DNA of 64,000 bases from the IMG/VR virus record IMGVR_UViG_3300009094_000001, positions 8,579-72,578 of that record; one strand, given 5' to 3'. The notes beneath the pieces were generated by a model, which saw only the letters and a program-made list of their open reading frames with translations, ran no database searches and was not told where the DNA came from. Origin of the DNA: a virus. This document shows positions 47,772-55,867 of the stretch, piece by piece; positions within the stretch are counted from its first letter, which is position 1; the number at the start of each line of letters is the position of its first letter. The position numbers were made by a program, and so were the translations under genes.

Positions 47772-48353
47772 TTATTGTGGCCCGTCGGTAACCCGACTCG
47801 GGCATTGCTTATCCTGGCCATCCTCCGCTAGTTTCTGCTTCCCGGAAGGGCGATTACGCTCTGGTCCGGCTATGTCGGGAGTTATGGTCGGGAAGTTCGG
47901 CGAAGCAAACTCGCCAAAATATTTGCGCGCGGCGACATCATAGGCTTTCGCGGCTTCGATTTCAAATTGAAAAGTCCCCAAGTGAATCTGTTTTCTACCC
48001 ATCTGAATTTGCGCCGCCCACTTTTTATCTCGATTTTTCCATGATACTCCGCGATATCTGGACGAGGCCCTAGGTGATTTACGCAGGTGCCCCATCTTGT
48101 TTTGCGAGGAGGTCGCCGGCCGCAAATTTTCCCTCTGGTTATTAAGGCCGTCACCATCGCGATGGTCAATTTCCGAATGCCCGGGCAAAAGAAAACGATG
48201 GAGCCGCTGTGTCCCACTTCTTCGAGGGAGATTGCGAATTGCGTAGAAAGTATGCCGGTCCCTTCGGGCACACCACTTAAACTGATTAACCGCCTCGTAA
48301 TCGGCGTCGTCAACCATTGCGAATTTGCCCTGCGACAGCTTGATGGTCTTCAC
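47772..48353 (-). CDS. HNH-AP2 homing endonuclease
   Basis: IDHRDGDGLNNQRENLR plus AP2 domain (YRGVSW..LGTF..AAKAYD). Confidence 0.9.
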   Translation of the reverse strand: MKTIKLSQGKFAMVDDADYEAVNQFKWCARRDRHTFYAIRNLPRRSGTQRLHRFLLPGHSEIDHRDGDGLNNQRENLRPATSSQNKMGHLRKSPRASSRYRGVSWKNRDKKWAAQIQMGRKQIHLGTFQFEIEAAKAYDVAARKYFGEFASPNFPTITPDIAGPERNRPSGKQKLAEDGQDKQCPSRVTDGPQ

Positions 48354-48360
48354 TGGAAAT

Positions 48361-48422
48361 TGGTGGACCCTATCGCGGCCCCGGCGTCCGGCTAACGGAC
48401 GGAGACTGAGTTCTCAGTGTCC
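48361..48422 (-). ncRNA. Short CCA-ending tRNA-like element
   Basis: GGAC...GTCC-ACCA closing stem; hairpins ACTGAG/CTCAGT and CGTCCG/CGGACG; no T-arm. Confidence 0.35.
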
Positions 48423-48431
48423 GGCTTAAAT

Positions 48432-48516
48432 TGGCACTCGGGGCCGATTCGTTTTTGCATCCGTCGGCAATTTCGACGTGTATCACGCCGGTGTTTTATT
48501 CTTAAACTACCCGAGT
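48432..48516 (-). tRNA. Aberrant tRNA-like RNA
   Basis: Perfect 7-bp acceptor ACTCGGG/CCCGAGT plus GCCA; D arm; anticodon loop TGATACA; T stem GCCGA/TCGGC with a 16-nt loop. Confidence 0.55.
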
Positions 48517-48519
48517 TTT

Positions 48520-48680
48520 AGTGCCCCTGTCTTTATACCCCCGGGACGGGAGGGTTGTTGAGGTTCGGTGCAGGCGCGACCTGTAACGCACCGGAGCCTC
48601 AACTATCGCGATTTACCACCATACCCCGTATACCGGAGACAGGATTTACCACGCGATACATTCCCCCGTTGCTGCGGGAG
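48520..48680 (-). ncRNA. Unidentified structured, possibly pseudoknotted RNA between tRNA-like genes
   Basis: TATCGCG/CGCGATA stem, long GTTGAGG..CCTCAAC hairpin, and CCTGTCT/AGACAGG crossing pairing. Confidence 0.45.
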
Positions 48681-48685
48681 AAATT

Positions 48686-48758
48686 TGGCGGGCAGAGACG
48701 GGTTTTAACCGCCGTTTCCGAGACAAAAGCTCGGTGTCCTCACTTAGACGATTCGCCC
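48686..48758 (-). tRNA. Non-canonical tRNA, anticodon UUU (Lys)
   Basis: GGGCGAA..GTCTAAGTGAGGAC-A-CCGAG CTTTTGT CTCGG-AAAC-GGCGG TTAAAAC CCGTC-TCTGCCC-G-CCA. Confidence 0.65.
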
Positions 48759-48779
48759 TATCAAAAGAACAACCGCTAC

Positions 48780-48809
48780 AAAGGTCCGCAAAACGAACCC
48801 AAAGTCAAG
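48780..48809 (-). promoter_or_regulatory. Class II promoter for the tRNA-like cluster and sugar operon
   Basis: CTTGACT-N15-GGACCTTT. Confidence 0.8.
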
Positions 48810-48890
48810 CTACCGAACGCCCTTCGCTGCGACGAAAATGAACAGCACTGTGATGGCGACGAACGCTGCAAAAATCTCTACATTAGTCAT
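48810..48890 (-). CDS. 26-aa single-TM microprotein
   Basis: MTNVEIFAAFVAITVLFIFVAAKGVR, 6 nt after its own TTGACA-N16-TAAGGT promoter (48897-48924). Confidence 0.5.
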   Translation of the reverse strand: MTNVEIFAAFVAITVLFIFVAAKGVR

Positions 48891-49105
48891 GGCGCAACCT
48901 TATCACCGTTCTCCGGCTTGTCAAGCGGAAATTTCTCGTTGAAATTCGTGCAGCCCTCCGTCCGGCAGGTGGTGCCCCGCTTTGACGTGACGAGGATTTC
49001 CCCGCAGTCGGGACAGCGTTCGGGGTTGCCGGCGGTGTGGACGTTTTCTCCTGCAAGTCCACATTCCTTGCGTAACACTCGTTTATGTGCACCCCGGGGG
49101 TTCAA
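48887..49105 (-). CDS. Small zinc-finger protein
   Basis: CPDCG...CRTEGC; start uncertain. Confidence 0.45.
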   Translation of the reverse strand: MNPRGAHKRVLRKECGLAGENVHTAGNPERCPDCGEILVTSKRGTTCRTEGCTNFNEKFPLDKPENGDKVAP

Positions 49106-49299
49106 TACCCGGCCCTCCGTTTCTTGCGCTTCTTTGGGCACTTGCACTTGCGGGCTTCCCATTCGCCGTCTTCAATCCACGAGGCCGGCGTGAGCGGACC
49201 TCCGACCTTTTCGGAGTGCTTCGCGTTACCGGCAGAACCGGCGTTGAGCCGTCTTGCGTATCGCAGAAGCGATAGTGAGCCGTTGAGTGTGAGGTTCAT
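49102..49299 (-). CDS. Small basic hypothetical protein
   Basis: ATG just after the upstream stop. Confidence 0.4.
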   Translation of the reverse strand: MNLTLNGSLSLLRYARRLNAGSAGNAKHSEKVGGPLTPASWIEDGEWEARKCKCPKKRKKRRAGY

Positions 49300-49300
49300 A

Positions 49301-49504
49301 TTATTCAAAGCAGAGGTCGCCGAGGAAGGCGCAGCGGAGCTTTCCGCCCTGCGCCCCTCCAAACTTGTTGCATTCCTCCAGCCACGCCGTGCTGCCTTTA
49401 TCGCCGTCAAAATTTATTGCGCGCAGGAGGTAGGTCTTCCCGGTCGGCCCCTCGTGGGCGAGCCGGACGACTCTATTCAGAAGGTCAACATGATTCGTTG
49501 TCAT
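49301..49504 (-). CDS. Hypothetical protein (leaderless)
   Basis: TTGACA-N17-TAACGT (49511-49539) with ATG 6 nt downstream. Confidence 0.55.
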   Translation of the reverse strand: MTTNHVDLLNRVVRLAHEGPTGKTYLLRAINFDGDKGSTAWLEECNKFGGAQGGKLRCAFLGDLCFE

Positions 49505-49623
49505 TGCGACACGTTACCAGCAGATTTCGGGTTTGTCAAGGGAATTCCAGCCGTCGCCCCAGAGTTTTTCCAGCCGGGAAAAATAGTGCTCGTAGTCGCA
49601 ACACAAACTCCACATGGAATACT

Positions 49624-50502
49624 TCATGCGAGCCCGGTCGCTCCTGTTGGTCCGGTCGGCCCAGTTGCGCCCGTGTCCCCTGTTGGTATAAATTCTAGAA
49701 CATATTCCTGCCCGTCGGTCGGTAAGGGGGAGCCCGCCGGGAACGAGACGGCCAAAGTAAAATAACCGCCAGAAGAGCTTATCGAGCTGACGAAAAAGGT
49801 ATTGAGTAGGTTGTCAGTGTTATCGTTGCTCTTGACCACCAGCGTCCCGCCGCCGGAGCCGACGATACCAACCGCTAAAACCGTCCAATAAGTTCCGAGG
49901 TTGATTCCCCCAACTGCATCCGCACTGACGTAAACTTCCGTAACGGCCGCGACGGCAGCATTGTTATATCGAAAAAAGCCCGAGCCCGGGTCGCTGTTGG
50001 TGGTGTCGTCACTGAAATCGTATCGAAGCCCGCCCTTGTCGCCCTGCGGTCCAGTGGGTCCAGTGGGTCCTGTCGCGCCCGTGGCTCCGGTTGCTCCGGT
50101 TGCTCCGGTTGCTCCGGTTGCTCCGGTTGCTCCGGTTGCTCCGGTTGCTCCGGTTGGTCCCGTCGGCCCCGTTGGACCACTCGCCCCAGTGGCTCCAGTT
50201 GCGCCCGTAGGTCCAGTAACTCCGTCTGCGCCTGTCGGCCCCGTTGGACCACTCGCGCCGGTTGCGCCAGTCGGACCAGTAGCCCCGGTTGCACCGCTCG
50301 CTCCAGTCGGTCCAGTCGGTCCAGTCGGACCTGTTGCACCATCCACGCCGTCAATACCGTCGGTGCCATTAAGCCCCGGCGGTCCAGTGGGTCCCGTCGG
50401 CCCAGTTGGACCGGTAGGACCACCCGAGGGAATTCCGTTTTCCAACGCCTGCGCAATTTTCTTGAGCAGTGTATTGTCTGAGTTGTAACAACAGTCTACC
50501 AT
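49624..50502 (-). CDS. BclA-like collagen protein (GPT/GAT repeats)
   Basis: Long (GPT/GAT)n tract, a globular domain, then a second short Gly-X-Y tract at the C-terminus. Confidence 0.85.
   Translation of the reverse strand: MVDCCYNSDNTLLKKIAQALENGIPSGGPTGPTGPTGPTGPPGLNGTDGIDGVDGATGPTGPTGPTGASGATGATGPTGATGASGPTGPTGADGVTGPTGATGATGASGPTGPTGPTGATGATGATGATGATGATGATGATGATGPTGPTGPQGDKGGLRYDFSDDTTNSDPGSGFFRYNNAAVAAVTEVYVSADAVGGINLGTYWTVLAVGIVGSGGGTLVVKSNDNTDNLLNTFFVSSISSSGGYFTLAVSFPAGSPLPTDGQEYVLEFIPTGDTGATGPTGPTGATGLA
50084..50155. repeat. Tandem 9-mer GCTCCGGTT x8
   Basis: Eight exact copies encoding (GAT)n. Confidence 0.9.
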
Positions 50503-50807
50503 TACGGAGGGGTCGGGCCGAGTGCAGTTGATAAAGCCGCGATTTCGTCTGCCGCTGCGGCTAGCGTAGCTGCGTCAGCGGCGGCGAATTTGCGTAGCAG
50601 CAACGCCACGTCGGTATTACCCGCCGAAGTTTCCTGAACAAAAATGGACTTCGCCCCCGAAATCGCCGAGGTAACTTGCTTGGAGAGTTTGTTCAGCGCT
50701 GAGCTTAGTGACCCGCCCGCCTGCTGCTTTATCGCGGCGACGGCGAAATCCGATAACGCCGAAAAGTCGGACGCCTGAAACGTCACCACGTCATTTACGA
50801 TTGTCAT
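50502..50807 (-). CDS. Ala-rich hypothetical virion protein
   Basis: ATG at 50807; stop overlaps the collagen gene start. Confidence 0.55.
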   Translation of the reverse strand: MTIVNDVVTFQASDFSALSDFAVAAIKQQAGGSLSSALNKLSKQVTSAISGAKSIFVQETSAGNTDVALLLRKFAAADAATLAAAADEIAALSTALGPTPP

Positions 50808-50947
50808 ATCACTCCTAAAAGCTTGGCCCACTTTGTCAGCAGCCGGTTAATCGAGTCGTCCCGCTTTGGTGCGTGTAACCCGCCGGCAGCGTTGGAAAGC
50901 GCGCGGACGATAAGCACGAGATATTGCTGATTTGTCGAAGGTCCCAC
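50804..50947 (-). CDS. 47-aa hypothetical protein
   Basis: GTG start after the upstream TAG; ATGA overlap with the next gene; not in the ORF track. Confidence 0.45.
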   Translation of the reverse strand: MGPSTNQQYLVLIVRALSNAAGGLHAPKRDDSINRLLTKWAKLLGVI

Positions 50948-50948
50948 G

Positions 50949-51215
50949 CTATGGAACTAACGTCACTGTAACGGTGCCGGGGGCAGACGGGAGGTCCGGG
51001 CCTTCTGCTTCGGCAGTAAAAGGTCCGTAGCCGATGAAGTTGTGCGCGCGGACGCGCCAGCGATATTTCCCGGCGGAAGGAGTCTCGAAAACGATGTGGT
51101 TGGTGTCCACGAGGGACTTCACGTTCCAAAAACCATTGTCAATCTGTTCCCACACCTCGTAAGTGTCTACTAATTCGGAAGGGGAGTTCGCCGGCCAGTC
51201 GAGTCGGATGTTCAT
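50949..51215 (-). CDS. Stand-alone fibronectin type III domain protein
   Basis: LDW..YEVW..GKYRWRVRAHNFIGYGPF..PSAPG. Confidence 0.75.
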   Translation of the reverse strand: MNIRLDWPANSPSELVDTYEVWEQIDNGFWNVKSLVDTNHIVFETPSAGKYRWRVRAHNFIGYGPFTAEAEGPDLPSAPGTVTVTLVP

Positions 51216-51220
51216 GCATG

Positions 51221-51250
51221 AAAGGTCCGCAAAACGGGAGGGGAGTCAAG
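51221..51250 (-). promoter_or_regulatory. Class II promoter
   Basis: CTTGACT-N15-GGACCTTT; ATG 5 nt downstream. Confidence 0.8.
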
Positions 51251-51257
51251 CGTTGCG

Positions 51258-51770
51258 TCAGATGAAAAACTCGGGCTCTGGCAACGTCGGCGGTAGGCCA
51301 GCTCGTCGTCGCGCCGTGCGGACACGATGGCAGTTGGAACACACCAAATCGCATTTTGCCATCTCCTTGAGAAGGTCTTCTCGCTTGGTCAGCTTCAACA
51401 AACTACTCACATTCGCGGATTTAGTCGAGGGGTCCCGGTGGTCAAAATCCATCGAGTGTGGATGAAAAATACCCCCGCAATCAGCGCATGGCTTTCGACT
51501 TTTTTCCGCCGCAATCATCTTATAGCGGTCCCGGGAAAGCTGTCGGGACCATTCCTTTTGACGCTCTATTTTTGCCTCGGGGGGAAGCGCCACAAGCGCC
51601 CTCCTCCGAAGTAGCACGGCCTGTTTGTCGGGGGGTAGCGATGCCAATTTCTTAGCTCGGTCCTTCTCGGTTCGACAATCCCGACAGATATGGTCCCTAG
51701 CCCGCCGAGGGCCTTTTGAATGAAAGTGTTCTGGGGGTCTAATGGCTTTGCATCGATTACAAGTTTTCAT
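51258..51770 (-). CDS. HNH endonuclease
   Basis: CNRC..CRDC..PCADCG..FDHRDP..KCDLVCSNCHRVRT. Confidence 0.85.
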   Translation of the reverse strand: MKTCNRCKAIRPPEHFHSKGPRRARDHICRDCRTEKDRAKKLASLPPDKQAVLLRRRALVALPPEAKIERQKEWSRQLSRDRYKMIAAEKSRKPCADCGGIFHPHSMDFDHRDPSTKSANVSSLLKLTKREDLLKEMAKCDLVCSNCHRVRTARRRAGLPPTLPEPEFFI

Positions 51771-51776
51771 ACCCCC

Positions 51777-51806
51777 AAAGGTCCGCACTAAAAACCCAAA
51801 GTCAAG
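51777..51806 (-). promoter_or_regulatory. Class II promoter
   Basis: CTTGACT-N15-GGACCTTT; ATG 6 nt downstream. Confidence 0.8.
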
Positions 51807-52143
51807 GGCTTTTAACCTCGCGGGTCTCAAAAATAATATTGCCCGGGAGGCGTCGAGCGACATCGTGGGGCCCCCAAGTCCCCCGGGTCTATACCGATAA
51901 AGTGCTCAGAATCAGGACGTTTCGTCGGTCCGGCGGTTCGGTGGCAGGGCGCGCCACAGGCTGACGGATTGTGCCCAGTGTGCGGGCTACAGGTCGTTGA
52001 GGCGTAGTGACATCGAGGCGGTGGGGCGTTTTGGCGTGAGAATCACGCACCGACTGTGCCAAAAAGTCACTTCTGGGTCGTTTTGTCGCGCTTCGCTCGA
52101 TTTAAATTCGCTCAAGCTGTAGGTCAAGCCACAAAATACCTGC

Positions 52144-52172
52144 TTGACAAGCTGCGCGCCGTGGTGTAATTT
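52144..52172 (+). promoter_or_regulatory. sigma70-type promoter, leaderless
   Basis: TTGACA-N17-TAATTT; ATG at 52179 opens a 24-aa ORF (MSKELL..., ends 52253). Confidence 0.75.
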
Positions 52173-52271
52173 ATCGGCATGAGCAAAGAACTACTTCAAC
52201 AGTCGGAACAACTGGGGCGCGAGTGCTGCCTTGGAAAACCAACCGACCGCTGAGAATCCGCAGGTAAATAT

Positions 52272-52508
52272 ATGAAGAACCGAGTTTTCTTTTTTCACTA
52301 CAACAAGCCCGCGTCGCAAGCGCAAAAGAAAAACGTGCTGACGGTCCATTGGAAGGGTGCGTGCTGCCTCGCCCATCACATTAAATGTTTTCGGCCCGTC
52401 GAGACTGCACACCGGAAATCTCAGCCGCGCTGCGTCATCAAAGGAAAGGCCGAATCAATAGCTTTCTCTTTAACCGAGAGCGGCGAAACCCTCGCTACGA
52501 TTATATGA
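52272..52508 (+). CDS. Hypothetical phage protein
   Basis: FFFHYNKPAS..LTVHWKGAC..QPRCVIKG. Confidence 0.6.
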   Translation: MKNRVFFFHYNKPASQAQKKNVLTVHWKGACCLAHHIKCFRPVETAHRKSQPRCVIKGKAESIAFSLTESGETLATII

Positions 52509-52696
52509 AAAGCGTTCGACGGAAAATAGTAAAAAGGTATCCACCCACGGCAATCCACGGGTGCTATGTCCGAATAGTCAAATTATCTTGCGGCCACGAA
52601 CAAGAGATATCGAACGCTTTTTATTCCCACACTGGAAGCACGACTATTTGTCACCGCTGCTCGGTTCCGAAGCAGGAGAATCCACAGCCTGTATGA
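52505..52696 (+). CDS. Small zinc-binding protein
   Basis: LSCGH...CHRC; ATGA-coupled. Confidence 0.5.
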   Translation: MKSVRRKIVKRYPPTAIHGCYVRIVKLSCGHEQEISNAFYSHTGSTTICHRCSVPKQENPQPV

Positions 52697-52875
52697 AACT
52701 CTGGAGATTAACGCGAATCACAAAAACCCACGTCTATGTCCTTCCACTTTGTTACGGAGCTTGCTCCCGCGCACGGCAGCGCGGCCTGTCTCGACGAATC
52801 CCTATTGAGGAATTTCACCGGGACTGGGAACGACTCCCTCAGCGCGAGTGCTGTCTTCGCCAGAGGACAGCTTGA
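52693..52875 (+). CDS. Hypothetical protein
   Basis: ATGA-coupled ORF. Confidence 0.4.
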   Translation: MKLWRLTRITKTHVYVLPLCYGACSRARQRGLSRRIPIEEFHRDWERLPQRECCLRQRTA

Positions 52876-52908
52876 CTACGAGGTCATCCTAAAAGCGTGG
52901 CAATGAGT

Positions 52909-54651
52909 TCACTCCACAGTAACGCTCTTGGCCAGACCACGCGGCTTGTCCACGTCTCGGCCGAGTGCAACAGCGATGTGATACGCGAACAGTTGCAACG
53001 GTATCGCTGCCAGCATTGGCACAAAGGGCTCAGCAGTCTCGGGCAGCCAGATTACGTCGTCAACCTCGGATGCGATGCTGTCGTTGCCCTCGGTAGCAAG
53101 TGCAATCACCGGACCACCACGGGACTTAATCTCGCGTAGGTTACTGAACGTCTTGCTGTATAGCCTACCGTTCGGTATGACGATGACGCTTGGGGTGCTG
53201 CTGTCAATCATCGCCAGCGGTCCATGCTTCATCTCTCCGGCTGGCAATCCTTCTGCGTGAATGTAGGAAATCTCCTTGAGCTTCAACGCGCCTTCCAACG
53301 CAATCGGGTAGTTGTATCCTCGGCCAAGGAAAAAGAAACTCTTGGCGTTTGCGTATTTGGTGGCGATGCTTTGAATTTCGTAATCCTTGGCGAGTAGCAT
53401 TTCAATTTGCTCTGGTATCGCCTTGAGTGCGGATTGCAAAGCCTTGTCGTGGGGTGGAACTGCAAGTGAGGCTAGCACACGAAGCTGGGCGGTGAATGTT
53501 TTCGTCGCAGCCACTCCAATCTCGGGGCCCGCGTCTAGATAGATAACGCGGTGTGCTTCTCGCGCAAGCGTGCTGCCGGGCGCGTTACAGATTGCAACGG
53601 TCCAGTGGTCTTTGTTCTCGCGAACGCAGGCCAACGTGTCTGCCGTCTCTCCGCTTTGGGACAGCGCCAGAATCACAGGTCTTTTTCCAGTGACGTGGCT
53701 TGAATACCGGAACTCGCTAGCGAAATCAACCTGCGTAGGAATACCGGCGAACTCCTCAAAAAAGTATTTGCCAATCAGCGCTGCGTGTCTGCTCGTGCCG
53801 CAGGCGGGAATGAAAATCTGCTCGACTCCGCGTAGCGCAGATAGAGCCCCGTCGCTGCTGCTAATCCTTCTGATTACTTCCGGCTGCTCGTAAATCTCAC
53901 TGAGCATCGCGTGGGGAAATCCTGCGCTGGGGTCAGTGGGCGGTGCGCTGCGCAGCCTCTTCATTTCTCTGAACTGTAGTTCAGGAGTAAGCGCCACTAA
54001 ATCACCGTCCCGCAAGTAAACAACATTCAGAGTGTGCTCGCGAATTGCCTCGGCATCGCTGGATAAAAACCTCTCGTTATCTCCAATGCCGACGACAAGG
54101 GGCAATCCTTTACAAGCGCCGACCACCACACCGGGCCAATCCACACAGGCCACGGCGATTGCGTAGTCTCCGACGACCTCGCGCAAGGCATCAGCAACTG
54201 AGCTGGCTAGATGAAAACGCTTTTCGTAATACGCTCCAATCAACCACGCGAGAACTTCGCTATCCGTGCCGGAAGAGAACCGAGGCTCTCCTTGCAGCTC
54301 TCGAATACGGTTGTGCAGATACCCAACGTTCTCGATGATGCCGTTATGGACAACTGCAATTCTCCCGCTCTTGTCAGTGTGTGGGTGCGCGTTGGCGTCA
54401 CTCGGTTCTCCATGCGTGGCCCAGCGCGTGTGGCCGATACCGGTTGTTCCTCGAATCTCTACGGGGTCGGCGAGAAGGAGCGGCTCAAGGCCCTCGCTGA
54501 TTTTCCCGGCCTTCTTGCGGACAAACATTCGGTCATCTGACACGACTGCGAGGCCAGCGCTATCATAGCCCCGATACTCAAGCTTCTTGAGGCCGGCGAG
54601 GATAATCGGCTTGGCTTGGTGCTGCCCAACGTATCCGTAAATTCCACACAT
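52909..54651 (-). CDS. glmS: Glutamine--fructose-6-phosphate aminotransferase
   Basis: MCGI, LEYRGYDSAG, GHTRWATHG, HNG, SQSGETADT, EGALKLKE, KHGP, PRGLAKSVTVE. Confidence 0.97.
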   Translation of the reverse strand: MCGIYGYVGQHQAKPIILAGLKKLEYRGYDSAGLAVVSDDRMFVRKKAGKISEGLEPLLLADPVEIRGTTGIGHTRWATHGEPSDANAHPHTDKSGRIAVVHNGIIENVGYLHNRIRELQGEPRFSSGTDSEVLAWLIGAYYEKRFHLASSVADALREVVGDYAIAVACVDWPGVVVGACKGLPLVVGIGDNERFLSSDAEAIREHTLNVVYLRDGDLVALTPELQFREMKRLRSAPPTDPSAGFPHAMLSEIYEQPEVIRRISSSDGALSALRGVEQIFIPACGTSRHAALIGKYFFEEFAGIPTQVDFASEFRYSSHVTGKRPVILALSQSGETADTLACVRENKDHWTVAICNAPGSTLAREAHRVIYLDAGPEIGVAATKTFTAQLRVLASLAVPPHDKALQSALKAIPEQIEMLLAKDYEIQSIATKYANAKSFFFLGRGYNYPIALEGALKLKEISYIHAEGLPAGEMKHGPLAMIDSSTPSVIVIPNGRLYSKTFSNLREIKSRGGPVIALATEGNDSIASEVDDVIWLPETAEPFVPMLAAIPLQLFAYHIAVALGRDVDKPRGLAKSVTVE

Positions 54652-55259
54652 TATGGTTTTTCCTCCGGGGTATCCGTAATCTGCTTAACAGTCACATCGA
54701 CGCTGGACTTCAATTCGGATTCCACGTCGATGGCTTTGACCTTGGGGTTGTTGAGCGCCGACATCACCGCCATGTGCAGCGCGGTTGCGTTCATCTCTTC
54801 GGAGTCATTGTCAACGCGCTTCACACGCTCGCCGGCAGTGTCGCCGAGTGCCGCGTATTTCATCGAGTGGCATTTCTCCATCGCTGCGGTGAGGTCCGCA
54901 AAAAACCGTCCGCTGACATGGCGTGAACCGTCCTTGGCCACGCTGGCGATTGCTTCAATAATCTCCTCGTTAGTCATGTCGGAGAACTGTTCCAACACGC
55001 GATTGATTAGCTCGCTGGTCTGGTGCGCCTGAACAAACGAAAGCGCGCGGTTCTGCGCTCGCTCGAAATCTCCGGGGCGTCCGGTTTTAGATAGGAGCGT
55101 GATGCGTCGGAGCTGCTCATTCCAACCCTCGTCTTTCGCCAGCTTGCGAACGAAGTCCGGGTCAAGGTTTAACGCATTGGCGGTTTTATCCACGTCCCCG
55201 ACGAACGCGGAATAAACTAAAAAAATACGAACTATATTTACGTCATTTTTACCGCGCAT
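54651..55259 (-). CDS. Putative terminase small subunit
   Basis: N-terminal HTH (DVDKTANALNL..VRKLAKDEGW) followed by helices; under a class II promoter. Confidence 0.45.
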   Translation of the reverse strand: MRGKNDVNIVRIFLVYSAFVGDVDKTANALNLDPDFVRKLAKDEGWNEQLRRITLLSKTGRPGDFERAQNRALSFVQAHQTSELINRVLEQFSDMTNEEIIEAIASVAKDGSRHVSGRFFADLTAAMEKCHSMKYAALGDTAGERVKRVDNDSEEMNATALHMAVMSALNNPKVKAIDVESELKSSVDVTVKQITDTPEEKP

Positions 55260-55731
55260 CTGCTTCCTCCTCGTGTTTTTTCAAGTAATCCTTTACCTTA
55301 TCTAAGATTGATATCGACTCACCTGCTAACCCAATCAGACAATTGCACTTTCCACACAACAAGCCCCGAACTTGGCCCGTCGTGTGGTTGTGGTCCACAT
55401 GCAAGTCGCGTCCTTTGCTATCTGCGGTTTCTGCCGGAAGGGAGCAAATGGCGCACACGCCGCCCTGCTTCTCTTTTTGTGCTGAAAACCAACCTTCTGG
55501 AACGCCATATTGATACTTCCGTTGCTTATCCCGACGCTGCTCTAACGTCCACGTTTTTCTCCGCTCCCGTTGCCTTTGGTTTACCTCGCGAACTTTATCA
55601 GGATTTTCCTTGCGCCATTTCCGGGCGTATTCAGCATACTTCTCCCTATTCTCTTGCCGTCTCTTCCTGCCATAGTCGGGATTTTTCTCCCTCCATTGCC
55701 TGTTGAGTTCCTTACGTCGTTCTGAGGTCAT
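55249..55731 (-). CDS. Endonuclease VII-family nuclease
   Basis: QGGVCAIC..LHVDHNH.TGQVRGLLCGKCN..IG. Confidence 0.9.
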   Translation of the reverse strand: MTSERRKELNRQWREKNPDYGRKRRQENREKYAEYARKWRKENPDKVREVNQRQRERRKTWTLEQRRDKQRKYQYGVPEGWFSAQKEKQGGVCAICSLPAETADSKGRDLHVDHNHTTGQVRGLLCGKCNCLIGLAGESISILDKVKDYLKKHEEEADAR

Positions 55732-55862
55732 GGTTTTGCAGACTTGCCACCGTTGTTGTTCCACCACTCCCTTCGCTTCTTCTCGCGCAAGCGTTTCTTT
55801 GCATCTGCATGTAAACGTCGAGTGGATTGCGACTGGCCTTTGAATAAATCCGGTTGTTTCAC
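55728..55862 (-). CDS. 44-aa basic microprotein
   Basis: GTG 5 nt after a class II promoter; ATGA overlap with the EndoVII gene. Confidence 0.45.
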   Translation of the reverse strand: MKQPDLFKGQSQSTRRLHADAKKRLREKKRREWWNNNGGKSAKP

Positions 55863-55867
55863 CGTTA

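Noticed and set aside
48361-48422. tmRNA 3' end (TCCACCA)
   Set aside because: No T-arm, no G3-U70 acceptor pair and no matching 5' segment or tag ORF.
50084-50155. CRISPR-like array
   Set aside because: Tandem 9-mers without spacers that encode collagen triplets; no CRISPR array or cas genes were seen in the window.
51019-51050. Extra GGACCTTT (minus strand)
   Set aside because: Inside a coding region and lacking the TTGAC box at the 15-nt spacing.
54651-54760. glmS ribozyme upstream of glmS
   Set aside because: The glmS ATG overlaps the stop codon of the upstream ORF, so there is no UTR, and I saw no ribozyme consensus.
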